32,000 bases of DNA from Prochlorococcus sp. MIT 0801 (GCF_000757865.1 NZ_CP007754.1:1897204-1929203); one strand, 5' to 3'. Positions 1 to 10,542 are shown, numbered from the stretch's first letter. Translations and numbers: made by a program. The notes: generated by a model not told the origin, from the letters alone.

Positions 1-65
1 GACTGCTAAATGAAGCCAAGTTCTCTGACAGTATGAGAAGGTGAATAAATTATGAGCTATTTGCA

Positions 66-1310
66 TTGAGAAGGCTAAAAATTCCCACCCTTTTAGGAGC
101 TTTCATCACACTTCTAGATGATCGATTAGGCGAAACCATTGTTTTACCTTTATTACCTTTTTTATTAGAACAATTCACGACAAGCGCGACGACTCTTGGT
201 TTTTTAACTGGAACTTATGCGATATCTCAGTTTGCTGCAGCCCCACTAATTGGAGCTATGAGTGATCGTTTCGGTCGTAAGCCAATCATGATCACATGTG
301 TATCTGGTTCAGTAATAGGAATATGTCTATTTGCATTAACTGTAAGCCTAAATTGGGATAATTATTTACCTTTATGGGCCTCAACTTTACCTTTATCTTT
401 ACTATTTTTAGCAAGAATAATTGATGGTATAAGTGGTGGTACCGCAGCTACTGCTACTACAATACTTGCAGATATATCAACTCCCGAAAATCGCGCAAAA
501 ACCTTTGGATTAATTGGAGTAGCGTTTGGTTTAGGTTTTATTCTTGGGCCAGGCTTAGGAACAGCTCTTGCTAAATTTAGTGTTACTTTACCGGTATGGG
601 TGGCCAGCGGATTTGCAATATTTAATCTTATTTTTGTAATTTGGTTTCTACCGGAAACACTGCCCAAAAACAAAAGAAATTTACTACCAAGAAAAAGAGA
701 TTTGAATCCAATTAGTCAGCTACTAGTTGTATTTAAAAACCCCTTAGCTAGAAGACTTTGCTTATCGTTCTTTGTTTTCTTTATGGCATTTAATGGCTTT
801 ACAGCTGTTTTAGTCCTTTATTTAAAAGAAAAATTTGGATGGAGTCCTGAATTATGTAGTGCTGCTTTTATTGTCGTTGGAGTTATTGCGATGATTGTTC
901 AAGGAGGCCTAATTGGTCCTCTTGTAAAAAGATTTGGGGAGTCGAGATTAACTTTTGCTGGTATTGGCTTTGTAATGACAGGATGCATTCTTTTAACGCT
1001 CGCCAATATAGACACGTCAATTCCTCTTGTATTTTCTGGCGTCGCAATACTTGCAATGGGAACTGGACTAGTAACTCCTAGTTTAAGAGCACTAATTTCA
1101 AGAAGACTAAGTTCTATTGGTCAAGGAGCAGTATTGGGAAATCTGCAGGGTTTACAAAGTCTGGGAACTTTTCTTGGAGCAATAGCAGCAGGACGGTCAT
1201 ATGATCTTTTGGGTCCAAGAAGTCCATTCTTTGGCACAATATTGCTTCTACTATTTGTTATGTTTTTAATTTCAGGGAAAAGTCTTACCAAGAAAAAAGT
1301 AATCTCCTAG
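66..1310 (+). CDS. MFS-family transporter (DHA1 / tetracycline-efflux-like, ~12 TM)
   Basis: 414-aa ORF, hydrophobic throughout. MFS motif A 'GAMSDRFGRKP' lies between TM2 and TM3. TTG at 66 is the only canonical start in the open frame: there is an in-frame TGA at 42-44 and the next Met is residue 65. Confidence 0.85.
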   Translation: MRRLKIPTLLGAFITLLDDRLGETIVLPLLPFLLEQFTTSATTLGFLTGTYAISQFAAAPLIGAMSDRFGRKPIMITCVSGSVIGICLFALTVSLNWDNYLPLWASTLPLSLLFLARIIDGISGGTAATATTILADISTPENRAKTFGLIGVAFGLGFILGPGLGTALAKFSVTLPVWVASGFAIFNLIFVIWFLPETLPKNKRNLLPRKRDLNPISQLLVVFKNPLARRLCLSFFVFFMAFNGFTAVLVLYLKEKFGWSPELCSAAFIVVGVIAMIVQGGLIGPLVKRFGESRLTFAGIGFVMTGCILLTLANIDTSIPLVFSGVAILAMGTGLVTPSLRALISRRLSSIGQGAVLGNLQGLQSLGTFLGAIAAGRSYDLLGPRSPFFGTILLLLFVMFLISGKSLTKKKVIS

Positions 1311-1370
1311 ACTAATAGATGATCAAGATATTAAAGTAATAATTAGAAATTGAATAAATTGGTTATAGAT

Positions 1371-3500
1371 ATGACTAGTCCAAAAATCAATAATGAAACT
1401 TATATTAATCGTGAACTCAGTTGGATAGATTTTAACAAACGTGTTTTAGAACTTGCTACAGAAGAGGAAACGCCATTACTAGAAAAAATTAAATTCAGTT
1501 CAATTTTTAGCAATAATTTAGACGAATTTTTTATGGTTAGAGTTGCTTCATTAAAATCACAAGTAGAAGGTGGAATCTCAAAAAGAAGCCAAGATGGAAA
1601 ATCACCTGAAGAACAACTTATCGGAATTCGAAATTATTTAGACCCTATTTTAAAGACGCAGCAATATAAAACAAAACAATATATTGAAGATGACTTTAAA
1701 AAAGAGAATATATTTATTCTTGAATATAAAGAATTAAATGAAAGACAAAAAGTTTGGATAAATAATTATTTTACAACTGCAATTTTTCCGATACTAACTC
1801 CCTTAGCCGTTGACCCTTCTCATCCATTCCCATTTATAAGTAATCTTAGTTTAAATTTAGCTGCAATTATCGTCGATAGTGAATCAGATAAAGAGCAATT
1901 TACCCGCATAAAAATTCCTGGAGAGAGTATTTCCAGATTTATAAGTATTCCAATTGAACTACATAATAATGAATCAACAAAATACACAGGAATAGCGATT
2001 GAACAAATCATTGCAAATAATCTGTCCATGCTTTTCCCTGGAATGAGTGTTAAAGAATATTCATTCTTTCGCGTTACAAGAGATGCTGATCTAGAGCTTC
2101 GAGACCTTGAAGCTGATGATTTAATGAGTGCTCTAGAAGAAGGTTTACGCAAGCGTCGCAAAGGAGGTGAAGTAGTCAGGCTAGAAGTCTCTACAAATAC
2201 GCCAAAAGTGATTCTTGATCTTTTGCAAGAAGGGATGAATATTGACAAAGAAAACTTATATCAAATTGAGGGGTTACTAGCATTAGATGAATTAATAGAA
2301 TTAACTAATTTCAATCTTCCTAAATTAAAATTTAGGGAGCATCAAGGCGTTACTCATAATTCACTCAAAAATAGTCAATTACGAGAACAAGAAGAATTAG
2401 ATACAAGAAATAACAGCAATTTTAAAAGTATATTCTCCATTATTCGCCGTAGTGATTTACTAGTTCATCACCCATACAATCTATTCTCAACATCAGTCGA
2501 AGAGTTTATTAATCAAGCCGCGGAAGATAAGCAAGTCATGGGAATCAAAATGACCTTGTATAGAATTTCCAAAGACTCTTTAATTATTGATGCCCTAATA
2601 AGAGCTGCTGAGAAAGGAAAGCAAGTCATGGCTCTAGTTGAACTAAAAGCAAGATTTGATGAAGATAATAATATCCAATGGGCAAAACAATTAGAGCAAG
2701 CTGGAGTGCATGTTGTCTATGGAGTCATTGGACTAAAAACTCATACAAAAATCGCTTTGATTATAAGAAAAGAAAAAAACAGATTAAGAACATACTTTCA
2801 TATTGGGACTGGTAATTATAATTCGAAAACGTCTAAAACATATACAGATTTTGGCTTACTGTCTTGTCAACCTGAACTTGGTCAAGATCTTATTGAACTA
2901 TTTAATTATCTGACTGGATTTGCTAAACAACAATCCTACAGAAAATTATTAGTTGCACCGGTAACTCTTAGAAGTGGAATAGAAAAACTAATAAAAAGAG
3001 AAATCAATTATGCAAAAAATGGCTTACCAGCAAAGATAATAGCCAAGATGAACTCCCTAGTTGATCCAGAAATCATAAAATTACTTTATCTAGCATCACA
3101 GGAAGGAGTAAAAATTGAACTTATAATTAGAGGAATGTGCTGCCTATATCCTCAGAAAAAAGGCTTAAGCGAAAATATAAAAGTAACAAGCATTATTGGT
3201 AGATTTTTAGAGCATTCAAGAATCTTTTGGTTTAATAACGATGGAGATGCAGAAGTATTTATTGGTAGTGCTGATTGGATGAGGCGTAATTTGGATAGAA
3301 GAGTTGAAGCAGTTACACCTATTGAGGACAATAAGATTAAAAAAGAAATTAAACATTTATTAGATTCTTATTTAGAACCAAATAAAGACTCTTGGAACAT
3401 GCAAAGTGATGGAAGCTATACCAAGAATCAAATTTTGAATGATAAGAAAAAATATATTCAAGAAAAAATTATTAAGCTATACAAAAAAGAAGAACATTAA
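1371..3500 (+). CDS. ppk: polyphosphate kinase 1
   Basis: N-terminal 'YINRELSWIDFNKRVLELA'. Two PLD-like catalytic regions ('LKTHTKIALI' and 'GRFLEHSRIF'), and a length of about 710 aa. The ORF track opens at TTG 1350. I prefer the ATG at 1371 (MTSPKINNETYINREL), but the start is unverified. Confidence 0.93.
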   Translation: MTSPKINNETYINRELSWIDFNKRVLELATEEETPLLEKIKFSSIFSNNLDEFFMVRVASLKSQVEGGISKRSQDGKSPEEQLIGIRNYLDPILKTQQYKTKQYIEDDFKKENIFILEYKELNERQKVWINNYFTTAIFPILTPLAVDPSHPFPFISNLSLNLAAIIVDSESDKEQFTRIKIPGESISRFISIPIELHNNESTKYTGIAIEQIIANNLSMLFPGMSVKEYSFFRVTRDADLELRDLEADDLMSALEEGLRKRRKGGEVVRLEVSTNTPKVILDLLQEGMNIDKENLYQIEGLLALDELIELTNFNLPKLKFREHQGVTHNSLKNSQLREQEELDTRNNSNFKSIFSIIRRSDLLVHHPYNLFSTSVEEFINQAAEDKQVMGIKMTLYRISKDSLIIDALIRAAEKGKQVMALVELKARFDEDNNIQWAKQLEQAGVHVVYGVIGLKTHTKIALIIRKEKNRLRTYFHIGTGNYNSKTSKTYTDFGLLSCQPELGQDLIELFNYLTGFAKQQSYRKLLVAPVTLRSGIEKLIKREINYAKNGLPAKIIAKMNSLVDPEIIKLLYLASQEGVKIELIIRGMCCLYPQKKGLSENIKVTSIIGRFLEHSRIFWFNNDGDAEVFIGSADWMRRNLDRRVEAVTPIEDNKIKKEIKHLLDSYLEPNKDSWNMQSDGSYTKNQILNDKKKYIQEKIIKLYKKEEH

Positions 3501-3654
3501 AAAATTTTCATAGCTTTTTTAAACATTGCATCTATTTTTTTGATGCGCTTTATACCTAATTAGGCAAAAAATCATAAATTTTTCGTTTCAATTAGTCAAC
3601 TTCTCCTTATAAGTGCTAACTTCTTAATAAATCTAATTTCAAGAGGCCAGGGTG

Positions 3655-4677
3655 ATGGGGATCCCGCTGGAATCTGCCAAGGAAATTTCTGATGTTTCAT
3701 CAGGAAAATCTAATTCGGCAAGAACAAGTCAAAAACTATCTACATCAAATGTAAGTAGTCAAAAATCTCGAAGTTCTAGAAGACAAAGTAATCGTTTAGC
3801 TACTGATGCAATAGGTTTCTATCTAACAAGTATCGGTAGAGTCCCACTTCTCACTCCTGCAGAAGAAATTGAGCTTGCTCATCATGTTCAACAAATGAAA
3901 GATTTGTTGAACCTTCCTCTTGAACAACGCTCTACCCGTCAGAAACACAAAATAAAAATGGGTAAACGGGCAAGAGATCGCATGATGGCTGCAAATCTTA
4001 GACTTGTTGTAAGTGTTGCAAAAAAGTATCAAAACCAAGGTCTCGAATTACTCGATTTAGTTCAAGAAGGTGCCATTGGATTAGAAAGAGCTGTTGATAA
4101 ATTTGATCCTGCAATGGGTTATAAATTCTCAACCTATGCTTACTGGTGGATAAGACAAGGGATGACTCGTGCCATAGATAACAGTGCTAGAACTATTCGA
4201 CTGCCAATACATATCAGCGAAAAACTTTCAAAAATGCGCCGTATATCGCGTGAATTATCTCATCGATTTGGTAGACAACCAAATCGACTCGAGTTGGCAA
4301 ACGCGATGGGAATTGAACCTCAGGATTTAGAAGATCTAGTGTCTCAAAGCGCGCCATGTGCATCTCTTGATGCTCATGCAAGAGGAGAAGAAGATCGTAG
4401 TACTCTTGGAGAACTCATCCCAGACCCAAATTCTGATGAGCCCATGGAAGGGATGGATAGAAGTATTCAAAAAGAACACCTCGGAGGCTGGTTATCTCAA
4501 TTAAATGAAAGAGAGCAAAAAATCATGAGACTTCGCTTTGGCCTTGATGGAGAAGAACCACTTACTCTTGCTGAAATTGGAAGACAAATAAATGTTTCTA
4601 GAGAGCGCGTAAGACAACTTGAGGCCAAAGCAATTTTAAAATTGAGAGTAATGACTACTCATCAAAACGCTGCCTAA
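3655..4677 (+). CDS. RNA polymerase sigma-70 family factor (group-2-like, RpoD-type)
   Basis: Region 2 'YKFSTYAYWWIRQGMTRAI', region 3, and region 4.2 HTH 'LTLAEIGRQINVSRERVRQLEAKAILKLR'. The N-terminus is Ser/Arg-rich and low-complexity rather than an acidic region 1.1. Start is ATG 3655, or the adjacent GTG 3652. Confidence 0.9.
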   Translation: MGIPLESAKEISDVSSGKSNSARTSQKLSTSNVSSQKSRSSRRQSNRLATDAIGFYLTSIGRVPLLTPAEEIELAHHVQQMKDLLNLPLEQRSTRQKHKIKMGKRARDRMMAANLRLVVSVAKKYQNQGLELLDLVQEGAIGLERAVDKFDPAMGYKFSTYAYWWIRQGMTRAIDNSARTIRLPIHISEKLSKMRRISRELSHRFGRQPNRLELANAMGIEPQDLEDLVSQSAPCASLDAHARGEEDRSTLGELIPDPNSDEPMEGMDRSIQKEHLGGWLSQLNEREQKIMRLRFGLDGEEPLTLAEIGRQINVSRERVRQLEAKAILKLRVMTTHQNAA

Positions 4678-4680
4678 ACA

Positions 4681-5334
4681 TTGCCCATTCAAATAGCTGT
4701 TTTTGTTATTGCTTTATGGATAATTATAATTTTATTGATTGCATTTTTATGTAAGAGATATTTTCCTAAAAAAGAGGAGTTAAGAAGAAAAATTATTCAT
4801 ATCGGAACAGGGCCCGTAATTCTTTTAGCTTGGTTATTTGATATCCCACAAAACATAGCTTTCTTATCTGCATTATTTATCACCATAGCCTTAGGAATTA
4901 ATTATCAATATCGTTTATTACCTGCCATTGAAGATATCGAGAGAAAAAGTTTTGGAACAATTGCATATGGCATCAGTATCACACTTTTACTTCTACTATT
5001 CTGGCCTCGCTACGCATCATCTATTTCCATAGGAGTCCTATCAATGGCTTTTGGTGATGGATTAGCAGGTTTAATCGGAAGATCTATTAAATCTCCAAAA
5101 TGGTCAGTACTGGGTCAAACAAAATCGATTGTTGGAACATTGACAATGGCGTCAGTAGTAGCCATAACTACTTCAATTATCTCTTCAACTAATAATTTAG
5201 GCATACAACCCCTAGAAGTTTTAGTCATATCACTTCTAGCAACTTTTTTAGAACAAATAAGTCCTTGGGGAATTGACAATCTAACTGTTCCTATTGGAGT
5301 AACTTGTATTGGAATATGGTTAGTAGGAATATAA
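4681..5334 (+). CDS. CTP-dependent polyprenol kinase family membrane protein (VTE5-like phytol kinase / dolichol kinase family)
   Basis: 217 aa and multi-TM. 'RRKIIHIGTGPV' near the N-terminus. The C-terminal 'AFGDGLAGLIGRSIKSPKW...KSIVGTLTMA' matches the GDxxAxxxGxxxG...KSxEG pattern of this family. Forced TTG start 3 nt after the sigma stop codon. Confidence 0.7.
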   Translation: MPIQIAVFVIALWIIIILLIAFLCKRYFPKKEELRRKIIHIGTGPVILLAWLFDIPQNIAFLSALFITIALGINYQYRLLPAIEDIERKSFGTIAYGISITLLLLLFWPRYASSISIGVLSMAFGDGLAGLIGRSIKSPKWSVLGQTKSIVGTLTMASVVAITTSIISSTNNLGIQPLEVLVISLLATFLEQISPWGIDNLTVPIGVTCIGIWLVGI

Positions 5335-5348
5335 ACAACTAACTACAT

Positions 5349-6419
5349 TTATTTAACCGATGCAGCTAGTTCCTCTAATAAAATTTCAGTTGTAGAAAAG
5401 TTTATGCATGCATCCGTAACACTTTGCCCATAGGTAAGTTTTGACAAATCTGAATTTAATTTCTGATTACCCTCCACAAGATGACTTTCTATCATTACAC
5501 CCATTACATTCTTTGATCCACCTTTAATCTGTGATGCTACATCTCTTAAAACTTCTGATTGTCTACGAAAATCTTTATTGGAATTACCATGACTACAATC
5601 AACCATAACTTTTCCAAGCATCTTAAATTGTTCTAACTCATCCACAATTAAACTAATTGCATCGAGATGGTAATTAGTTCCATTTTTACCACCTCTTAAA
5701 ACAAGATGTCCATTTGGATTACCTGTAGTACTCACTATTGAAGCGTGACCATCATTATTAATTCCTAAAAAATGATGAGGCTTTGAAGCCGCTTGCATTG
5801 CATTAATCGCTATCGTTGCTGTCCCGTCAGTACCATTCTTATAACCAACAGGCATTGATAATCCAGACGCCATTTCACGATGAGTCTGACTCTCTGTCGT
5901 TCTTGCTCCAATAGCAGTCCAACTAATTAAATCAGCAATATATTGAGGAACAACTGGATCAAGTAATTCAGTTGCAGCCGGCATTCCTGCTTTCGCTAAA
6001 TCAAGCAATAGACCTCTTGCCTTTCTTAAACCAGTATTAATATCGTAAGAATCATCAAGATGAGGGTCATTAATAAGTCCTTTCCAACCAACTGTTGTGC
6101 GTGGTTTCTCAAAATAAACACGCATAACAATTTCAAGCTTTTGCCTATATCTCTCCCTCAATGGAGCTAAACGCTTTGCATATTCAATAGCAGCATCAAC
6201 ATCATGAACCGAACACGGTCCAACAATAACCAAAATTCTTGGATCATTACCATGAAGAATTGATTGAATCTTGTTTCGAGTAGAAGAGACAACTCCAGAG
6301 GCTGCCTTATCTAGAGGCAAATCTCTATGAAGTAATGCTGGTGACATTAATGGACGAGTCTCGACCACATTAAGGTCAGAGGTGCTATCCACCATTGAAA
6401 AATATGATGAGGTGGACAT
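5349..6419 (-). CDS. aroG: 3-deoxy-7-phosphoheptulonate (DAHP) synthase, class I-alpha
   Basis: 356 aa, ATG start. Motifs 'FEKPRTTVGWKGLINDPHLD', 'HREMASGLSMPVGYKNGTDG' and 'VDCSHGNS' are typical of AroG/F/H-type enzymes. Confidence 0.93.
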   Translation of the reverse strand: MSTSSYFSMVDSTSDLNVVETRPLMSPALLHRDLPLDKAASGVVSSTRNKIQSILHGNDPRILVIVGPCSVHDVDAAIEYAKRLAPLRERYRQKLEIVMRVYFEKPRTTVGWKGLINDPHLDDSYDINTGLRKARGLLLDLAKAGMPAATELLDPVVPQYIADLISWTAIGARTTESQTHREMASGLSMPVGYKNGTDGTATIAINAMQAASKPHHFLGINNDGHASIVSTTGNPNGHLVLRGGKNGTNYHLDAISLIVDELEQFKMLGKVMVDCSHGNSNKDFRRQSEVLRDVASQIKGGSKNVMGVMIESHLVEGNQKLNSDLSKLTYGQSVTDACINFSTTEILLEELAASVK

Positions 6420-6572
6420 TTAAAGCGTGATCATAGATATAAGATTAGAGAAGTATCAGTCATAGGGGGGTAATAAGTTGCATTATCTGAATGTTTGTTC
6501 AAGAAACATGAGGTTGTAAACAATGAAAACAAAAGGCTCTCACTCAAATACATTCTCTGTTGAGATTTAAAA

Positions 6573-9173
6573 ATGCTAAAAGATTACTTATCACATGTTG
6601 CAGCAAGAGAAGCGTTGGGGATCCCTCCACTTCCTTTAGATGCAAAACAGACTCAAATTTTAACAGAGTTATTAGAAAAACCAGATCAAGAAATCGATCA
6701 AAACTTCTTACTTGATCTTCTTGTTAATCGAATTCCTCCCGGAGTTGATCAAGCCTCTTATGTCAAAGCGACTTGGCTTAGCTCAATTGCTCAAGAAGAG
6801 TCAAAAAGTCCGTTAGTAAATCCTCTAAGAGCAACTGAGCTTTTAGGTACAATGATTGGCGGATATAATGTAGCAGCGTTAATTGAAATACTAAAATCTG
6901 ATAATAAAGAATTAGCAACCTCAGCCTGTCAAGCATTGAGTAATACCCTTTTAGTTTATGACGCTTTAAACGACATTTTAGAATTAGCTAACACTAATAT
7001 TTATGCAAAAAAAGTTATTAATAGCTGGTCCAATGGAGAATGGTTCACTAATAAACAACCCTTAGCTCAAGAAATAACAGTAACAGTATTTAAAGTTGAA
7101 GGAGAAACAAATACAGACGACCTCTCTCCAGCAACTCATGCCACAACAAGACCAGATATTCCTTTACATGCTCTAGCGATGCTAGAGACTCGAGATCCAA
7201 ATGGTTTAAGCACTATTGAAGAATTAAAAAAGAAAGGATATCCAATCGCATATGTTGGCGATGTCGTTGGAACAGGAAGCTCTAGAAAGTCAGCAATTAA
7301 CTCAGTCCTTTGGCATACAGGACAAGACATACCGTACGTGCCTAATAAAAGAGGGAGTGGGGTTGTAATAGGAGGGAAAATTGCTCCTATTTTCTTTAAT
7401 ACTGCTGAAGATTCAGGTGCACTTCCAATTGAATGCGATGTAAGCAATCTCAAAACAGGTGATGTAATTACTATTTTTCCTTACAAAGGAGAAGTGAGAA
7501 GAAGTAAAAATGAGGCAAATAGTGGAGAACTTTTATCAAAATTTGTCTTAAAACCACAAACTATTACTGATGAAGTAAGAGCAGGTGGGCGAATTCCTTT
7601 AATGATTGGAAGAGCTTTGACAGACAAAGTTAGAACAAAATTAAAACTTCCTCCCTCTACTCTGTTTATTCGTCCTGGTCAGCCACCTGCATCAAAGTAT
7701 GGGTTTACACAAGCTCAAAAAATGGTTGGAAAAGCTTGCGGTTTAGAAGGCGTGCTCCCTGGTGCAAGTTGTGAGCCAATAATGACAACAGTCGGTAGTC
7801 AAGACACTACTGGTCCGATGACCAGAGATGAAATGAAAGAATTAGCGTGTTTAGGATTTTCTGCTGATTTAGTTATGCAGAGTTTCTGTCATACGGCAGC
7901 ATATCCCAAGCCTGTTGATATTAAAACTCAAAAAGAACTCCCTGATTTTTTTGCTGAAAGAGGAGGGATAGCATTAAAACCCGGTGATGGAATTATTCAC
8001 AGTTGGCTAAACAGGATGCTTTTGCCGGACACAGTCGGGACAGGTGGCGATAGTCATACACGATTCCCGTTAGGCATCTCATTTCCAGGAGGTTCGGGAG
8101 TGGTGGCATTTGCGGCAGCCATTGGTTCCATGCCTTTAGATATGCCGGAGTCAGTTCTTGTTCGTTTTAAAGGGTCTTTACAAACTGGCGTCACCTTAAG
8201 AGATGTAGTTAATGCCATTCCCTGGATGGCCATACAACAAGGTCTTCTGACCGTCGCAAAAGCAAACAAAGTTAATGTGTTCAATGGAAAGATACTAGAA
8301 ATTGAAGGTCTACCAAACCTAAAATTAGAGCAAGCCTTTGAATTGACTGATGCAAGTGCAGAAAGATCTTGCGCCGGATGTACTATTCAACTGTCTGAAT
8401 CAACAATCAGTGAATATTTAAAAAGCAATATTGTTTTACTTAAAAATATGATTGCTAGGGGATATAAAGACGCACGAACAATAAGTAGAAGAATTATAGA
8501 AATGGAAGATTGGTTAAAAAAACCAAATTTACTATCAGCCGACTCAAATGCTCAATACTCAGAAACAATCGAAATAGACTTGAACGAACTCAAAGAACCT
8601 GTTTTAGCTTGTCCTAATGATCCTGATAACGTCAAACTTTTAAGTGAAGTCGCAGGCACTCCCATTCAAGAGGTTTTCATTGGTTCGTGTATGACCAATA
8701 TCGGTCATTATCGAGCCGCTGCAAAAATTCTCGAAGGAGAGGGGAAGATATCAGCACGATTATGGGTGTGTCCGCCAACACGAATGGACGAAGAAATTTT
8801 GAAAAAAGAAGGATACTACGAGATTTTTGCAAAAGCCGGTAGCCGAATGGAAATGCCTGGTTGTTCTCTATGCATGGGCAATCAAGCTCGTGTAGAAGAT
8901 AATTCAACTGTTTTCTCAACAAGTACAAGAAATTTCAACAACAGATTAGGGAAAGGAGCTCAAGTGTTCTTAGGAAGTGCAGAATTGGCTGCTGTATGCG
9001 CTTTGTTAGGTCATATCCCTACACCTGATGAATATCTTGCAATAGCTTCCAAAAAAATTTCACCAATAACTGATGAAATTTACAGATACTTAAACTTTAA
9101 TGAAATACCAAACTTTATCGAAGATGGTCGTGTAATAACAAAAGAAGAAGAGGCCTCTATTTTACAAACCTAA
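6573..9173 (+). CDS. acnB: aconitate hydratase B (bifunctional aconitase 2 / 2-methylisocitrate dehydratase)
   Basis: 866 aa with AcnB architecture: an N-terminal HEAT-like/swivel region followed by the catalytic domains. Fe-S ligand motifs 'IGSCMTN' and '[11 protein letters not shown]'. Confidence 0.95.
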   Translation: MLKDYLSHVAAREALGIPPLPLDAKQTQILTELLEKPDQEIDQNFLLDLLVNRIPPGVDQASYVKATWLSSIAQEESKSPLVNPLRATELLGTMIGGYNVAALIEILKSDNKELATSACQALSNTLLVYDALNDILELANTNIYAKKVINSWSNGEWFTNKQPLAQEITVTVFKVEGETNTDDLSPATHATTRPDIPLHALAMLETRDPNGLSTIEELKKKGYPIAYVGDVVGTGSSRKSAINSVLWHTGQDIPYVPNKRGSGVVIGGKIAPIFFNTAEDSGALPIECDVSNLKTGDVITIFPYKGEVRRSKNEANSGELLSKFVLKPQTITDEVRAGGRIPLMIGRALTDKVRTKLKLPPSTLFIRPGQPPASKYGFTQAQKMVGKACGLEGVLPGASCEPIMTTVGSQDTTGPMTRDEMKELACLGFSADLVMQSFCHTAAYPKPVDIKTQKELPDFFAERGGIALKPGDGIIHSWLNRMLLPDTVGTGGDSHTRFPLGISFPGGSGVVAFAAAIGSMPLDMPESVLVRFKGSLQTGVTLRDVVNAIPWMAIQQGLLTVAKANKVNVFNGKILEIEGLPNLKLEQAFELTDASAERSCAGCTIQLSESTISEYLKSNIVLLKNMIARGYKDARTISRRIIEMEDWLKKPNLLSADSNAQYSETIEIDLNELKEPVLACPNDPDNVKLLSEVAGTPIQEVFIGSCMTNIGHYRAAAKILEGEGKISARLWVCPPTRMDEEILKKEGYYEIFAKAGSRMEMPGCSLCMGNQARVEDNSTVFSTSTRNFNNRLGKGAQVFLGSAELAAVCALLGHIPTPDEYLAIASKKISPITDEIYRYLNFNEIPNFIEDGRVITKEEEASILQT

Positions 9174-9183
9174 ATTGAGTTAA

Positions 9184-10542
9184 ATGATCAAAAGTAAAAG
9201 TCAAATTCCAATACAAAAAAAATCAACTCAAAGCATAAAAAAACTTCTTCAAAGGAAATGGCTAAATGTAATTCTTGCTCTCATACTTACAGGTTTAGGA
9301 GCAGCATTAACGGGAATATTATTTAAAACTGGAATTCATGCATTAGAAGATTATCGATCAAATCTTCTTGTATTTATGCCTAGATGGATAGTTTTACCAA
9401 TACTAGGAGTATTAGGAGGCTTAGTTTCTGGATCGCTCATTCAAAATTTTGCCCCTGCAGCAAAAGGAGCGGGCGTAAGTCACATCATTGCTTTCCTTCG
9501 CCATAAGCCAGTCCCCATGGGATTAAGAGTTGGAATAGTAAAACTGTTTGCTGGAATTATTGCTATTGGAAGTGGATTTCCGCTAGGCCCAGAAGGCCCA
9601 GCAGTACAAATGGGAGGATCTGTTGCCTGGAAAATGGCGAAATGGCTAAAAGCCCCTATTTCATTTCGCAGAGTCATAGTTGCAGCAGGCGGAGGAGCTG
9701 GAATTGCAGCAATTTTTAGTGCACCTATTGGAGGCTTTGTCTATGCAATTGAAGAACTTCTAAATTCAGCAAGACCAGTCGTCCTCTTACTAGTAGTAGT
9801 AACAACTTTCTGGGCTGATAGTTGTGCTGATATCTTGCAAGCGATTGGACTAGATCAAAAAGCTGGTGGATTTATTAATAATTTAGGTTTTCAACTAGAG
9901 AGAGCATACACACCAGTAATCGAATTCTTTCCAATAGATTTTTTATACCTAATATTTTTGGGAATTATATTAGGATTTTTAGCAGAAATGTATTGCCGAT
10001 ATGTTTTAAAAATGCAAGTTCTGGGAAATAAATGGTTTAAAAATAAAACGATTGAAAGAATGAGTTTATCGGGTTTTTTGCTTGGTACTATGTATTCAAT
10101 TATTCCGGAAAATTTTCACAATATCGAAGGATTACAAAAAATTATTGTTAATGAAAGTAGCAGTTTCACACTTGCAATAAGTATATTTTTTGTTTTATTC
10201 TTTGCCTCTGGCCTTGCTGCTGCTTCAGGCGCACCAGGTGGTTTGTTTTATCCAATGCTTACCTTGGGCGGAGCGATAGGGTTAGCAAGTGGTATTGGAG
10301 TAGAAACAATAACTGGCCATGTTCCAACAACCTATATTTTTGCAGGAATGGGGGGATTCGTAGCTGGATGCTCAAGAACCCCTTTAACAGCAATGTTTTT
10401 AGCCTTCGCATTAACTAAAAATCTTTTAATACTAAAGCCACTCTTAATTACATGTATAGCTAGCTTTTTAACTGCGAGAATATTTAATGAACACTCAATT
10501 TATGAAAGACAAATTACAATTGAAGAAGGAGAATTAATTTAA
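9184..10542 (+). CDS. ClC-family voltage-gated chloride channel / anion:H+ antiporter (no CBS domains)
   Basis: 452 aa and multi-TM. ClC motifs 'GFPLGPEGP' (gating Glu) and 'GGLFYP'. The first filter motif reads 'GAGVS' instead of GSGIP (see findings). Confidence 0.85.
   Translation: MIKSKSQIPIQKKSTQSIKKLLQRKWLNVILALILTGLGAALTGILFKTGIHALEDYRSNLLVFMPRWIVLPILGVLGGLVSGSLIQNFAPAAKGAGVSHIIAFLRHKPVPMGLRVGIVKLFAGIIAIGSGFPLGPEGPAVQMGGSVAWKMAKWLKAPISFRRVIVAAGGGAGIAAIFSAPIGGFVYAIEELLNSARPVVLLLVVVTTFWADSCADILQAIGLDQKAGGFINNLGFQLERAYTPVIEFFPIDFLYLIFLGIILGFLAEMYCRYVLKMQVLGNKWFKNKTIERMSLSGFLLGTMYSIIPENFHNIEGLQKIIVNESSSFTLAISIFFVLFFASGLAAASGAPGGLFYPMLTLGGAIGLASGIGVETITGHVPTTYIFAGMGGFVAGCSRTPLTAMFLAFALTKNLLILKPLLITCIASFLTARIFNEHSIYERQITIEEGELI

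Noticed and set aside
1-65. The leading 65 nt as a possible 3' end of an upstream gene or as the promoter of the MFS gene.
   Set aside because: All three forward frames hit stop codons within 44 nt. The fragment is too short to assign.
1311-1370. AT-rich segments with about 11-nt periodicity upstream of ppk (ATTAAAGT / ATTAGAAA / AATAAATT) that might be a Pho box, or a Fur-like box.
   Set aside because: Each unit matches the PyTTAAPyPy(T/A) consensus at only 3-5 of 8 positions. In DNA this AT-rich, that is indistinguishable from chance.
1820-2248. Long antisense ORFs inside well-supported genes. Examples are 362-673, 1820-2248, 7136-7453, 8054-8284, 14102-14505, 25251-25616, 27023-27400 and 30857-31201.
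   Set aside because: Each lies fully or largely within, and antisense to, a gene with strong family signatures. Their compositions are Ser/Arg/Leu/Phe-rich and low-complexity, as expected from reverse-reading Glu/Lys/Asp-rich codons. None has a recognisable motif.
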